Source: Desulfotalea psychrophila LSv54
Lineage (GTDB): Bacteria > Desulfobacterota > Desulfobulbia > Desulfobulbales > Desulfocapsaceae
Length of the DNA: 32,000 bases
Direction of reading: 5' to 3'
Assembly: GCF_000025945.1 (NCBI RefSeq)
Contig: NC_006138.1
Location: 3,150,001 to 3,182,000 of the forward strand
Numbering within the stretch: the first letter of the stretch is position 1; the number at the start of each line of letters is the position of its first letter. Positions 19,241 through 28,222 of this stretch are shown here, piece by piece. The notes below the pieces were generated by a model. That model did no database searches, was not told the origin of the DNA, and saw only the letters and a list, made by a program, of their open reading frames with translations. A program made the translations under genes and the position numbers.

Positions 19241-19438
19241 AACAAGCCATTAAGATAAAAAAGCAACAACCAAACATTTCCTTGCCTTTCTCCTGACTTG
19301 AAAAGTCAAACAATTTTCAGTAAAGGAAGAGAGCATAATAGTTATATTCAATATATCACCTAGGTGCATAAAGTTATTATGGGATGTGTCCCATATTGCC
19401 TAGTCTCACAATAGAACCTTTATAATAAAAAATAAATC

Positions 19439-21982
19439 ATGACAGATTGTAGCCTCTTCCCTTTTATAAGTAAACCAGGCAGGTACCTCGGACAAGAATT
19501 TAACTCTACTCAAAAAAACTGGCAAGACACCTCTGTACGCAATGCTCTTATTTTCCCAGATCTTTATGAAATAGGTATGTCCCACCAGGGACTACAGATT
19601 CTTTACCATATTCTCAATGCATCGGACAACTTTCTCGCCGAACGATCTTATTGTCCGGGGAGAGACGTTGAAAAACTGCTCAAGGAGAAGAATCTGCCCC
19701 TTACCAGTCTTGAGTCAGGCACCCCCCTCAAAGACTTTGATATCATTGGTATTACCCTCCCCTACGAGTTATGCTACACCAATATCCTGACCATCTTGGA
19801 CCTTGCTAACATCCCCTTCAGGGCAAAGGATCGTGACTCTAGCTCTCCCCTGCTCATTGCCGGCGGAGCAGGAGCCTTTAACCCGGAACCCGTTGCTGAA
19901 ATATTTGACGCAATTGTTGTTGGTGATGGCGAAGATGTTATCCTTCTCATCTCTGAACTGGTGCAACAGTCAAAAAAAGAAGATTGGCCCAAAGAGACTC
20001 TCCTAACAAAACTTGCCGAGCTTGATGGCATCTACGTCCCCAGCCATTTTACCCCCATCTACGATGATGCGGGCATCCTGACCAAAATAGAGGCAACAGG
20101 ACCCAAGGAAACAGTCCTTAAGTGTTTTGTTAAAGACTTTGAAGAAATTTCTCACCTGCTCAAACCCATTGTACCCAATGCCAAGATTGTCCACGACCGT
20201 CTTGGAATTGAAGTTGCACGGGGCTGCACCAGAGGATGTCGATTTTGTCAGGCCGGTATTACCTACCGTCCCGTACGGGAGCGTAGTCCTGAGCAGATAA
20301 AAAAACTTGCCAAAGAAGCCATCCAGGATTCCGGTTTTGATGAACTGGCCCTCCTCTCCCTGTCAACAGGTGATTACTCCTGCCTTGATGGGCTGCTACC
20401 TGACCTAATGAATGAATTTTCTGAAAAATTTGTTTCAGTGGCCATGCCCTCCATGCGAGTGGGAACCCTGTCACAAAACATCATGGATCAGATAAAAAGG
20501 GTGCGTAAAACAGGCTTTACCATGGCCCCGGAAGCCGGTAGCGAACGTCTACGCCGAGTTATAAATAAAGGCATTACCGAAGAGGCCCTGCTCGACACCT
20601 GCAAGGAGGCATTTACCCTTGGCTGGACCCTAATGAAGCTCTACTTTATGATCGGACTACCCACCGAAACAGATGAGGATATTGAGGCGATAGGAGAACT
20701 CACCAATAAGGTTCGACAGTTCCGCGATGCTGGTGGCAATTCACGCAAGAGTCAGGTTAATGTCAGCGTTGGCACCTTTGTTCCCAAGCCACATACGCCT
20801 TTTCAGTGGGCTGCCCAGCTCACCATCGAAGAGAGTAAGAGAAAAATCCAAATTCTCAAAGAGGTCCTCCCCAAAAAGGGCTGTAAGTTTAAATGGCACA
20901 CCCCGGAACAGAGCTTTTTGGAAGGTGTTTTCTCAAGGGGTGACCGAAAATCACTGAACCTCCTTATTAAGGCCTGGGAAATGGGCGCTCGCCTTGATGG
21001 TTGGTCCGAGCATTTCAACCTCTATCTCTGGCGCGAAGCTGCCAAGGCTGTCGAGATTGACATGGATCAGTATCTCCGAGAGCGTGATCTAAGTGAGGTG
21101 CTCCCTTGGCAGCACATCCAAACCGGGGTTACCACAGATTTTTTCAAGGACGAACTGGAAAGGGCAGTAGCAGAAACCTATACTCCAGATTGTCGTTATA
21201 ACAAATGCCAGAAATGCGGTGTCTGTGATTTCAAAACCGTGGCCCCAATTGTCTTCAACAAAAAAAGATTCTTAGAAGAGCCTGAGCGACGACCAGTTCC
21301 TGAAAAAAGGGTCGTGGACAACAAGGATCACCATTTCAAATATATCGTTCACTATTCTCGTAAGGGAAATATCTGCTTTCTTGGTCATCTGGAAATCTTA
21401 CTGGTTGTATTTCGGGCCCTGCGCAGGGCAAATATTGAGACCAACTTCTCCCAAGGGTTCAACCCAAGTCCCAAGGTCTCCTTTGGACCAGCGCTTGCCG
21501 TAGGCACGGAGAGTCTGGCAGAATATTTCATCCTCGACCTCCCCACTCCATTTGAAAATTTAGCCGAGGCGACAGACAGATTAAGCGACAATTTACCTCC
21601 TGGCATTGATGTTACCGGGGTTGAGATTCATAATGGCAAGATTCCACAAGAGATAATCACCAGCTATCAGGTGACATTTCCTAAAGCCCTCGGCCTGGAA
21701 GAACAGGAGAAACTGCAAGCTTTTGCTGATGCAGAGGTATTTGAGTGGTCAAGGCTTCGTAAGGGCAAGAGAAAGACCATCAATGCCCGACCGCTCATCG
21801 AGAGCATAAAGATGACTGGCGACAACACCATTGCCCTGGATCTGATCAACTGTGCAAGCGTCCCCGGCATAAAGCCCATTGAGGCCCTGGCCCTTATCTT
21901 TGCCCTCAATGCAGAGGAGAGTCTCCGCCTCAAGCTCCTTAAAACGGGCTGGCACCCCATAAAATCTCAGAACAGATATTAA
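19439..21982 (+). CDS. B12-binding-like/radical SAM protein with C-terminal DUF2344 domain
   Basis: 847 aa; radical SAM motif CTRGCRFCQAG, N-terminal cobalamin-binding-like region, Cys-rich linker DCRYNKCQKCGVCDF, C-terminal YIVHYSRKGNICFLGHLEIL...GFNPSPKVSFGPALAVGTES typical of the TIGR03936/DUF2344 domain. Confidence 0.9.
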   Translation: MTDCSLFPFISKPGRYLGQEFNSTQKNWQDTSVRNALIFPDLYEIGMSHQGLQILYHILNASDNFLAERSYCPGRDVEKLLKEKNLPLTSLESGTPLKDFDIIGITLPYELCYTNILTILDLANIPFRAKDRDSSSPLLIAGGAGAFNPEPVAEIFDAIVVGDGEDVILLISELVQQSKKEDWPKETLLTKLAELDGIYVPSHFTPIYDDAGILTKIEATGPKETVLKCFVKDFEEISHLLKPIVPNAKIVHDRLGIEVARGCTRGCRFCQAGITYRPVRERSPEQIKKLAKEAIQDSGFDELALLSLSTGDYSCLDGLLPDLMNEFSEKFVSVAMPSMRVGTLSQNIMDQIKRVRKTGFTMAPEAGSERLRRVINKGITEEALLDTCKEAFTLGWTLMKLYFMIGLPTETDEDIEAIGELTNKVRQFRDAGGNSRKSQVNVSVGTFVPKPHTPFQWAAQLTIEESKRKIQILKEVLPKKGCKFKWHTPEQSFLEGVFSRGDRKSLNLLIKAWEMGARLDGWSEHFNLYLWREAAKAVEIDMDQYLRERDLSEVLPWQHIQTGVTTDFFKDELERAVAETYTPDCRYNKCQKCGVCDFKTVAPIVFNKKRFLEEPERRPVPEKRVVDNKDHHFKYIVHYSRKGNICFLGHLEILLVVFRALRRANIETNFSQGFNPSPKVSFGPALAVGTESLAEYFILDLPTPFENLAEATDRLSDNLPPGIDVTGVEIHNGKIPQEIITSYQVTFPKALGLEEQEKLQAFADAEVFEWSRLRKGKRKTINARPLIESIKMTGDNTIALDLINCASVPGIKPIEALALIFALNAEESLRLKLLKTGWHPIKSQNRY

Positions 21983-22004
21983 ATGCCAAGCTACGAGCTA
22001 TGCC

Positions 22005-23246
22005 ATGATTAAATGCTGTCTCAAAAAAACACCCATAACGAGGAGGCTACTTCTCGTCCTCCTCGCATGGGTGTTTTTGCCAACAGGATGGGTCAGTAGC
22101 AGTAGCCTTCAGGAGGATATCGACCATGGAGGCTACTGGTTTACAACTACCAGTAAGCCACTCAGACTCAAGGAAACGACAGGTTTTATTCCCGCCTCCA
22201 CCACCAAGCTGGTCACGGCTCTGGCAGGACTGCGTATCCTCGGGAGCGACTATCGTTTCAGCACCGATTTTTTATATGACGGAAAGGGGGCGCTCACCAT
22301 TATAGGCGGTGGCGATCCCCTCCTGATTTCAGAAGAGATCGACAAAATTTGCCGGGCCTTAAAACTCCGAGGCGTAAGCAGGGTGCACACCCTCCGTCTT
22401 GAGACCTCACTCTTCCACCTTCCCCAGCCCGCACTCGGCACAGAGCAGACAGAACAACCCTACGACGCCCACAATGGAGCCCTCGTTGTCAACTTCAACA
22501 GTATTAATGTGAGGGTGGATGAAACTGGCATTGTCTTATCCGCCGAAGAGCAAACACCACAGTTAGCGCTGATGAAAGATATAGTGGGATTGGAAGCGGG
22601 CAAGCACCGCATCAATGTCAACCAGATGGTAGCAGATGACCTGCCACCGGTTCTGCGCTACAGTGGGGAACTCTTCCTCGCCCTCCTGAAAAGAAACGGC
22701 ATCAATACAGAAGATGCACGGATAGCGAGAGGGAAAGCAGTAGAGAAAAGCCAGCTCGTACTCCACTGGCAGTCAAGCTGCAACCTCCAAGAGACAATTG
22801 GTAAATGCTTGAAATATTCTAATAATTTCATTGCCAACCAGATTTTTTTACAGATTGGTCTGCACCAATATGGAGCACCGGCCACCTGGGAAAAGGGCAG
22901 GAGAGCCCTGAACACCTTTATCCAAAATGATCTGCGTATAGAGAAGAGCCAGTTGCAACTCGTTGAAGGCTCCGGCCTCTCACGTGACAATCATATAAGC
23001 CCCAGGGCAATGATCACGGTTCTTGAAAATTTCGCTCCATATCACAGCTTACTCCCCTATAATAGCCAGACACGGACATTCATCAAGACGGGTACCCTCC
23101 GGGGTGTTTACTGCCTTGCTGGATTTCAACCCAGGGGAGAAAAGCTCTATCCATTTGTTATATTTCTCAATCAGATAAAAAATTCACGAATGTCCGTATT
23201 GGAAGACCTTATCCATCTTTCCCGACAAAAAAAAGAGGGGGCATAG
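22005..23246 (+). CDS. dacB: D-alanyl-D-alanine carboxypeptidase/endopeptidase (PBP4-like, S13)
   Basis: Hydrophobic leader; penicillin-binding motifs ASTTKLVTALAGLRIL (SxxK), GSGLSRDN (SxN-type), IKTGTLRGVYCLAG (KTG). Confidence 0.85.
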   Translation: MIKCCLKKTPITRRLLLVLLAWVFLPTGWVSSSSLQEDIDHGGYWFTTTSKPLRLKETTGFIPASTTKLVTALAGLRILGSDYRFSTDFLYDGKGALTIIGGGDPLLISEEIDKICRALKLRGVSRVHTLRLETSLFHLPQPALGTEQTEQPYDAHNGALVVNFNSINVRVDETGIVLSAEEQTPQLALMKDIVGLEAGKHRINVNQMVADDLPPVLRYSGELFLALLKRNGINTEDARIARGKAVEKSQLVLHWQSSCNLQETIGKCLKYSNNFIANQIFLQIGLHQYGAPATWEKGRRALNTFIQNDLRIEKSQLQLVEGSGLSRDNHISPRAMITVLENFAPYHSLLPYNSQTRTFIKTGTLRGVYCLAGFQPRGEKLYPFVIFLNQIKNSRMSVLEDLIHLSRQKKEGA

Positions 23247-23250
23247 GCCA

Positions 23251-24468
23251 ATGCGCATACTTCACATCCTTAGCCAATATCCTGATTTTACCGGCAGTGG
23301 CATCTATCTTCAGGAGATGCTCCGCCAGAGCAGGAAAAGGGGATATCAAAACTTTCTCATCGCAGGAAGTGGTCCACAGGCAATTTCCCCAGACTGGCTC
23401 GGGGCACTTACCGCGGGGCACAGCTTTGTCTCCTTTGAAAAAAAACAGCTCAACTTCTCCCTACCCGGAATGAGCGACATTATGCCCTACCCCAGCAGTC
23501 AGTTCAAGGCCCTGCAACCTGAACAGATCCGGGCATACCAACAGGTTTTTACTGAGACTATCCAGCAGGCCATAGCTGCCTTTCAGCCAGATATAATCCA
23601 TAGCCATCATCTCTGGTTGGTCAGCTCTCTTATCAAACAACTGGCAGGGGAAATTCCCGTAATCACCAGTTGCCATGGATCTGACCTACGCCAGTATCAG
23701 TCCTGCCCTCATTTTCAAGAGAGGGTAGTCAAGGGTTGCAGGAAAATTGACCATATCCTCGCCCTCAGTGAGCAACAGCAAAACGAGATCTGTAGATTCT
23801 ATGGCATTGAAAAAGAGAGAATAACGGTTGTGGGCGCAGGGGTAAATACCCAACTCTTTAAGGCCGAGAGCAGACAGGCACAGACGACACCTGTCAAACT
23901 TCTCTATGCAGGAAAGTTAAGCTACGCCAAGGGAGTACCATATTTACTCAGGGCTCTGCGCGAACTCGTGGAGCTACCCTTTCACATCACCATCGTTGGC
24001 AGTGGCACAGGAGAAGAGGCAAGGCATTGCCGAGATCTCAGTGAAGCCCTTGGAGCGAAGGCCACCTTGCGGGGTTCAATAAGCCAACAAAAACTCGCCC
24101 AAGAGATGAAGGCAGCCGATATCTTCATCCTGCCCTCCCTCTACGAAGGAATGCCCCTGGTAGTGCTCGAAGCACTCTCCTCTAACTGCAGGGTCCTGAG
24201 CACCAAACTTCCCGGAGTATGCGAAATTTTCTGCAAAACAAAATCTCCCAACCTCTATACGATCCCTCTGCCAGAGCTTTCTGCCATTGACCAGATAAAG
24301 GAAAGCCAGAAAGATATTTTTACCGACAACCTCCGGCAATCGCTGCAACAGCTCATCGGTAACAGCACATCTCCCCTCCAATCTTCTATAAATGATATCG
24401 AATACTTCTCATGGGACAATGTCTTCTCGCGCATAGAAGGTATCTACCAAAAAGTTTTCCAGGGCTAG
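23251..24468 (+). CDS. Glycosyltransferase family 4-type (group 1)
   Basis: MRILHILSQYPDFTGSGIYLQEML, DIIHSHHLWLVSSL, LYAGKLSYAKGVPYLLRALREL, DIFILPSLYEGMPLVVLEALSSN. Confidence 0.92.
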   Translation: MRILHILSQYPDFTGSGIYLQEMLRQSRKRGYQNFLIAGSGPQAISPDWLGALTAGHSFVSFEKKQLNFSLPGMSDIMPYPSSQFKALQPEQIRAYQQVFTETIQQAIAAFQPDIIHSHHLWLVSSLIKQLAGEIPVITSCHGSDLRQYQSCPHFQERVVKGCRKIDHILALSEQQQNEICRFYGIEKERITVVGAGVNTQLFKAESRQAQTTPVKLLYAGKLSYAKGVPYLLRALRELVELPFHITIVGSGTGEEARHCRDLSEALGAKATLRGSISQQKLAQEMKAADIFILPSLYEGMPLVVLEALSSNCRVLSTKLPGVCEIFCKTKSPNLYTIPLPELSAIDQIKESQKDIFTDNLRQSLQQLIGNSTSPLQSSINDIEYFSWDNVFSRIEGIYQKVFQG

Positions 24469-24581
24469 AAGAAAAAAAATACCTCTTGATTTCCAAAAAC
24501 GTTTCTGACCATTATTTAATGTAGCGCTCGGGCAAAAACGTCCTTTTTCCCGAAAAAAGCTTCAAGCAAGGGGTAAGAATT

Positions 24582-25271
24582 ATGTTCCCAAAAAAGTTCA
24601 GCCAGCTTCTCTTAGCCATCATAACTCTCCTTATGATAAGTCCTAGCGGGGCCTGGGCAAAAAGCGACCAGTACCAAGAGGCTCAAACACTTGTCACCCA
24701 GTGCTCCCTTGTCCTTAAAGATTTCTGTAGCAATGATGACTATCAATGGCTGCGCAATAACCTTAAAAATGCCAAGGCTGTCATGGTCGTTCCCCAACGC
24801 CTTCGAGGAGGCTTCATCCTTGGTGGTTCGGGTGGTACCGGCACACTTATCAGCCAAAACTCAGACGGTAGCTGGACTGGCCCTGCCTTTTATACAATGG
24901 GAGGTGTTTCTCTGGGACTACAGGCTGGAGCTGAAGCCTCACAGGTTGTCATGCTGGTCATGAGCAAAAAAGGCATGGACTCTCTGCTTACTACCTCCTT
25001 TAAGCTCGGTGCCGATATAAGTGTTGCAGCAGGCCCCGTAGGAGCCGGTGCCAAGGCCTCAACGGCTGACATAATCGCTTACTCCAAATCCAAGGGTGTC
25101 TTTGGTGGACTCAGCCTTGACGGCTCGGTTATAGCTGTCCGCGACGCCCTCGACAAAGCATATTACAAGAAAGCCGTTTCTCCCAGTGACATTCTCATCG
25201 CAAAATCTGTCAATAACCCTGCGAGCATATCCTATAGAGAAACAGTACAAAAACTTGCCAATAGTAAATAA
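24582..25271 (+). CDS. Secreted SYLF/YSC84-domain (lipid-binding) protein
   Basis: Signal peptide LLLAIITLLMISPSGAWA; LKNAKAVMVVPQRLRGGFILGGSGGTGTLISQNSDGSWTGPAFYTMGGVSLGLQAGAEASQVVMLVMSKKGMDSLLTTSFKLGADISVAAGPVG. Confidence 0.88.
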   Translation: MFPKKFSQLLLAIITLLMISPSGAWAKSDQYQEAQTLVTQCSLVLKDFCSNDDYQWLRNNLKNAKAVMVVPQRLRGGFILGGSGGTGTLISQNSDGSWTGPAFYTMGGVSLGLQAGAEASQVVMLVMSKKGMDSLLTTSFKLGADISVAAGPVGAGAKASTADIIAYSKSKGVFGGLSLDGSVIAVRDALDKAYYKKAVSPSDILIAKSVNNPASISYRETVQKLANSK

Positions 25272-25286
25272 AGAGACCTAAATAGA

Positions 25287-25326
25287 GAGAGGCCCACAGA
25301 CTCTAGCCTGTGGGCCCCTCTTTTTT
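25287..25326. terminator. Rho-independent terminator between converging genes
   Basis: GAGaGGCCCACAG (25287-25299) / CTGTGGGCCcCTC (25308-25320), 12 of 13 positions paired, 8-nt loop, followed by TTTTTT (25321-25326). Confidence 0.85.
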
Positions 25327-26614
25327 AGGAGAAGATCAATCTTCCTATCTCAGCACATACCTGCCCTGTGCCTCCCTTTTTATCGGCAAAGAACTCCTCT
25401 ATCTGCTCCCGAAAGCGTTCCCTGCAACACTCCCTCTCCAACTCTTCACAAAGAACAGCTACAAGTTCGCTACTGTCCGCCACCTCCCGCACCAGACCAT
25501 GCTCAATAACCCCACGCCCGACCCAGGCAAAATCCTGCCAATGAGGGCCTATGATGGGCCGAACACCGTGGGCAAGAGGTTCAAGGAAATTTTGTCCACC
25601 GAGAGGAGCCAAAGAGCCACCAACAAAGGCAACATGGGCATAGGCATAGGCTGAGGCAAGCTCACCAAAAAGATCCCAGAGAACAACAGATACCTCCGGG
25701 TGAAGGTCTGCCACATCTAAATCACTACGTTGAGTAAATTCAATTCCATTTTGCCGAAGCAGAGAGGCAAGAGAGGCTACCCGTTCAATATGTTTAGGGA
25801 ATATGCCCACCACAACATCGGGTCTTTCATCAAGAAACCGTTTCAGAGCAAGGACAATTTCCTCTTCCTCTTGACGCCTGATAGAGCCTAGAACAACAAA
25901 TTTCTTCTTCTCCAAAAACGCAAACTTCTTCGCTGCCGGTTCAAGCAGAGTATCCAGCCTATCAAACTTCATATTGTGCATGGCCTGAACTCGATCAATA
26001 CCAAATACATCGGCAAACCTGCGCTGATCATCCCCGGCAATGGCAAATATTTTTTTCGGCCCGTAATCTCGAAAAAACGGACGTAAATGTCTATAGGATC
26101 GATAACTACCAGCAGACATCCTGCCATTGACAATAAGAACAGGGACAGAGGCCTGCCGGGCGCAATAGAGGAGGCCCGGCCAAAGCTCTGTCTCTATAAT
26201 AGCAATCACCTTGGGCCTGTATATTTTTAGGGCAGATCGCATTATAAAGGGAGCATCGAGGGGGAAATATACCACCTGAACCTCAATATCACTGACCGCT
26301 TCAATCTCTTTTTTTCCCTGCAGGAGGATCCCAACCCCCTGACTGGTTCCCGCGCTCAGGAGTATTCGACATCCTCTCACTGGCCCCATATCCCTTTGCA
26401 GCTGCCTTAAAACCATGAGACTAAGTAACGACTCACCACCAGATGCTGCCTGTAGCCACAGGTCAAAGGGCCCCGCATGGACCTCGTGCAAGGTCCTCTG
26501 CTGCCAACCGTTGGAAAGCCGGGGAAAACAGCGCAAAACAGGCAAGGCAATTCGCCAAAGCAGACTATAAAATGCCAGAAATATTTTCAGCAAAAGATTT
26601 TTATATAGATACAT
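25325..26614 (-). CDS. waaA: 3-deoxy-D-manno-octulosonic-acid transferase
   Basis: GT30 features: GPFDLWLQAASGGESLL, FFPLDAP-like VVYFPLDAPFIMRSAL, ETELWPGLLYCARQASVPVLIVNGRMSAGSYRSY, FVGGSLAPLGGQNFLEPLAHGVRPIIGP. Start likely at MYLYKN (26614), inside the track ORF that begins at 26650. Confidence 0.93.
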   Translation of the reverse strand: MYLYKNLLLKIFLAFYSLLWRIALPVLRCFPRLSNGWQQRTLHEVHAGPFDLWLQAASGGESLLSLMVLRQLQRDMGPVRGCRILLSAGTSQGVGILLQGKKEIEAVSDIEVQVVYFPLDAPFIMRSALKIYRPKVIAIIETELWPGLLYCARQASVPVLIVNGRMSAGSYRSYRHLRPFFRDYGPKKIFAIAGDDQRRFADVFGIDRVQAMHNMKFDRLDTLLEPAAKKFAFLEKKKFVVLGSIRRQEEEEIVLALKRFLDERPDVVVGIFPKHIERVASLASLLRQNGIEFTQRSDLDVADLHPEVSVVLWDLFGELASAYAYAHVAFVGGSLAPLGGQNFLEPLAHGVRPIIGPHWQDFAWVGRGVIEHGLVREVADSSELVAVLCEELERECCRERFREQIEEFFADKKGGTGQVCAEIGRLIFS

Positions 26615-26866
26615 AGGTCCTTTGAGTTCAAGGTTGAAACTCTCAAGCAAAAAATTGCAAAGCTAGCCTCTTAGCCAATCCTTGTCAATTATATTTGCAA
26701 CAACGAGTTTTTCTTCTCAATATTTTGCAGCATTAAGGGAGATAAAAAGCACATTTCTCAATTGACGAATATACCCCCCTCCTGTAAATAAGGCAGTCAA
26801 ACTTTGACTTACACTTAAAAAGCCTGCTCTGTCAGGTATAAATTTGTTCTGGATGGCACCAAAATT

Positions 26867-28060
26867 ATGCGCACATCAAGCTGGACCTTACCAATAATTG
26901 TTTTATCACAATTTGCCGGAGGATCACTCTGGTTTTCAGGAAATGCCATTGTAAGCGACCTCGTTCAAGAGTGGGGGATAAGCCCGCATGCAACTAGCTA
27001 TATTACCTCATCCGTTCAACTTGGATTTATCCTGGGCACCCTCTTTTTTGCCTACTTTACCATCGCTGACAGATACCCTCCTAAAAAAATATTTTTTACC
27101 TGCTCCCTCCTTGGCGCCCTATTCAACAGCCTTATTGTCATTCTGCCAAATAGTCTTCTCAGCCTCATCATCCTTCGCTTTGCCACAGGCTTCTTCCTTG
27201 CCGGTATCTACCCTGTCGGAATGAAAATTGCAGCGGGCATCTATAAGGAGGGCCTTGGCAGGGCCCTGGGTTTTTTGGTAGGAGCACTGGCCATCGGCAC
27301 AGCATTTCCCCACCTACTAAAAACAACAGACTTTCACGTTGCCTGGCAGCTCGTACTACTCGCCACCTCCACCCTCTCCATCATTGGTGGTCTGGCCATG
27401 CTCTTATTTGTCCCCAATGAGGTAGGCGCCCCCCAGGGAATCCCCTTTGCCCGAGGTGCCTTTTCTACCCTTATCAAGGCAAAGGCCATGAGGGCCGCAG
27501 CCCTTGGCTATTTTGGTCATATGTGGGAGCTCTACACCCTGTGGGCATTTATTCCTCTTTTTTTGAGTGCCTTTAACACCCTCCATCCGCAGGCTGACAT
27601 AAATATTCCCCTATGGACATTTATTGTCATCGCCTCTGGATTTATAGGTGGCTCTGTGGGCGGCCTGCTTTCACAAAAAAGAGGCAGTGGCCCCGTTGCC
27701 TGCTATCAGCTTACCGTCTCCGGCACCTGCTGCCTGCTCTCACCACTATTTTTCGCACTGCCTCTACCAGCCTTTCTCTTTATCATGTGGATCTGGGGCA
27801 TCTGCGCCGCTGGTGATTCGCCGCAATATTCAACGCTTATTGCCCAAAACGCACCCAAAAACCTGGTAGGTTCCGCCCTCACCCTCGTCAATAGTATTGG
27901 CTTTTTCCTCACCATAGTCTCTATCCAGTTTGTGGACTGGATGTCGCAGTTCATGATAACAGAACACCTTTTTTTGCTCCTCCTGCCAGGGCCACTGATC
28001 GGCCTCTACTGCATGAGAAGGTTTCTGCCTATAATGCACCGCAAACAACGGGCACAGTAA
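26867..28060 (+). CDS. Major facilitator superfamily permease
   Basis: 397 aa, ~12 hydrophobic segments; LRFATGFFLAGIYPVGMKIAAGI, GFLVGALAIGTAFPHLL. Confidence 0.88.
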   Translation: MRTSSWTLPIIVLSQFAGGSLWFSGNAIVSDLVQEWGISPHATSYITSSVQLGFILGTLFFAYFTIADRYPPKKIFFTCSLLGALFNSLIVILPNSLLSLIILRFATGFFLAGIYPVGMKIAAGIYKEGLGRALGFLVGALAIGTAFPHLLKTTDFHVAWQLVLLATSTLSIIGGLAMLLFVPNEVGAPQGIPFARGAFSTLIKAKAMRAAALGYFGHMWELYTLWAFIPLFLSAFNTLHPQADINIPLWTFIVIASGFIGGSVGGLLSQKRGSGPVACYQLTVSGTCCLLSPLFFALPLPAFLFIMWIWGICAAGDSPQYSTLIAQNAPKNLVGSALTLVNSIGFFLTIVSIQFVDWMSQFMITEHLFLLLLPGPLIGLYCMRRFLPIMHRKQRAQ

Positions 28061-28222
28061 ATAATAACGGCGAAGATTTCCGTCCTTGATAATTACTGAA
28101 TAAAGAAAAATATACTTTCTATTTGCAATATATAAAAAAAAGCCTATTTTTTGATAGCCTATGAAAGCTTTTTAATAAAGAGTTTCTCTCTTTAATTTAA
28201 TGATAAAAAACAAAAAAATCCT

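Noticed and set aside
28061-28222. Repeated AAAAAGC/GCTTTTT and GCCTAT motifs upstream of prfC as a terminator or riboswitch
   Set aside because: Only short AT-rich imperfect pairings with a long loop; no recognisable riboswitch or terminator architecture.
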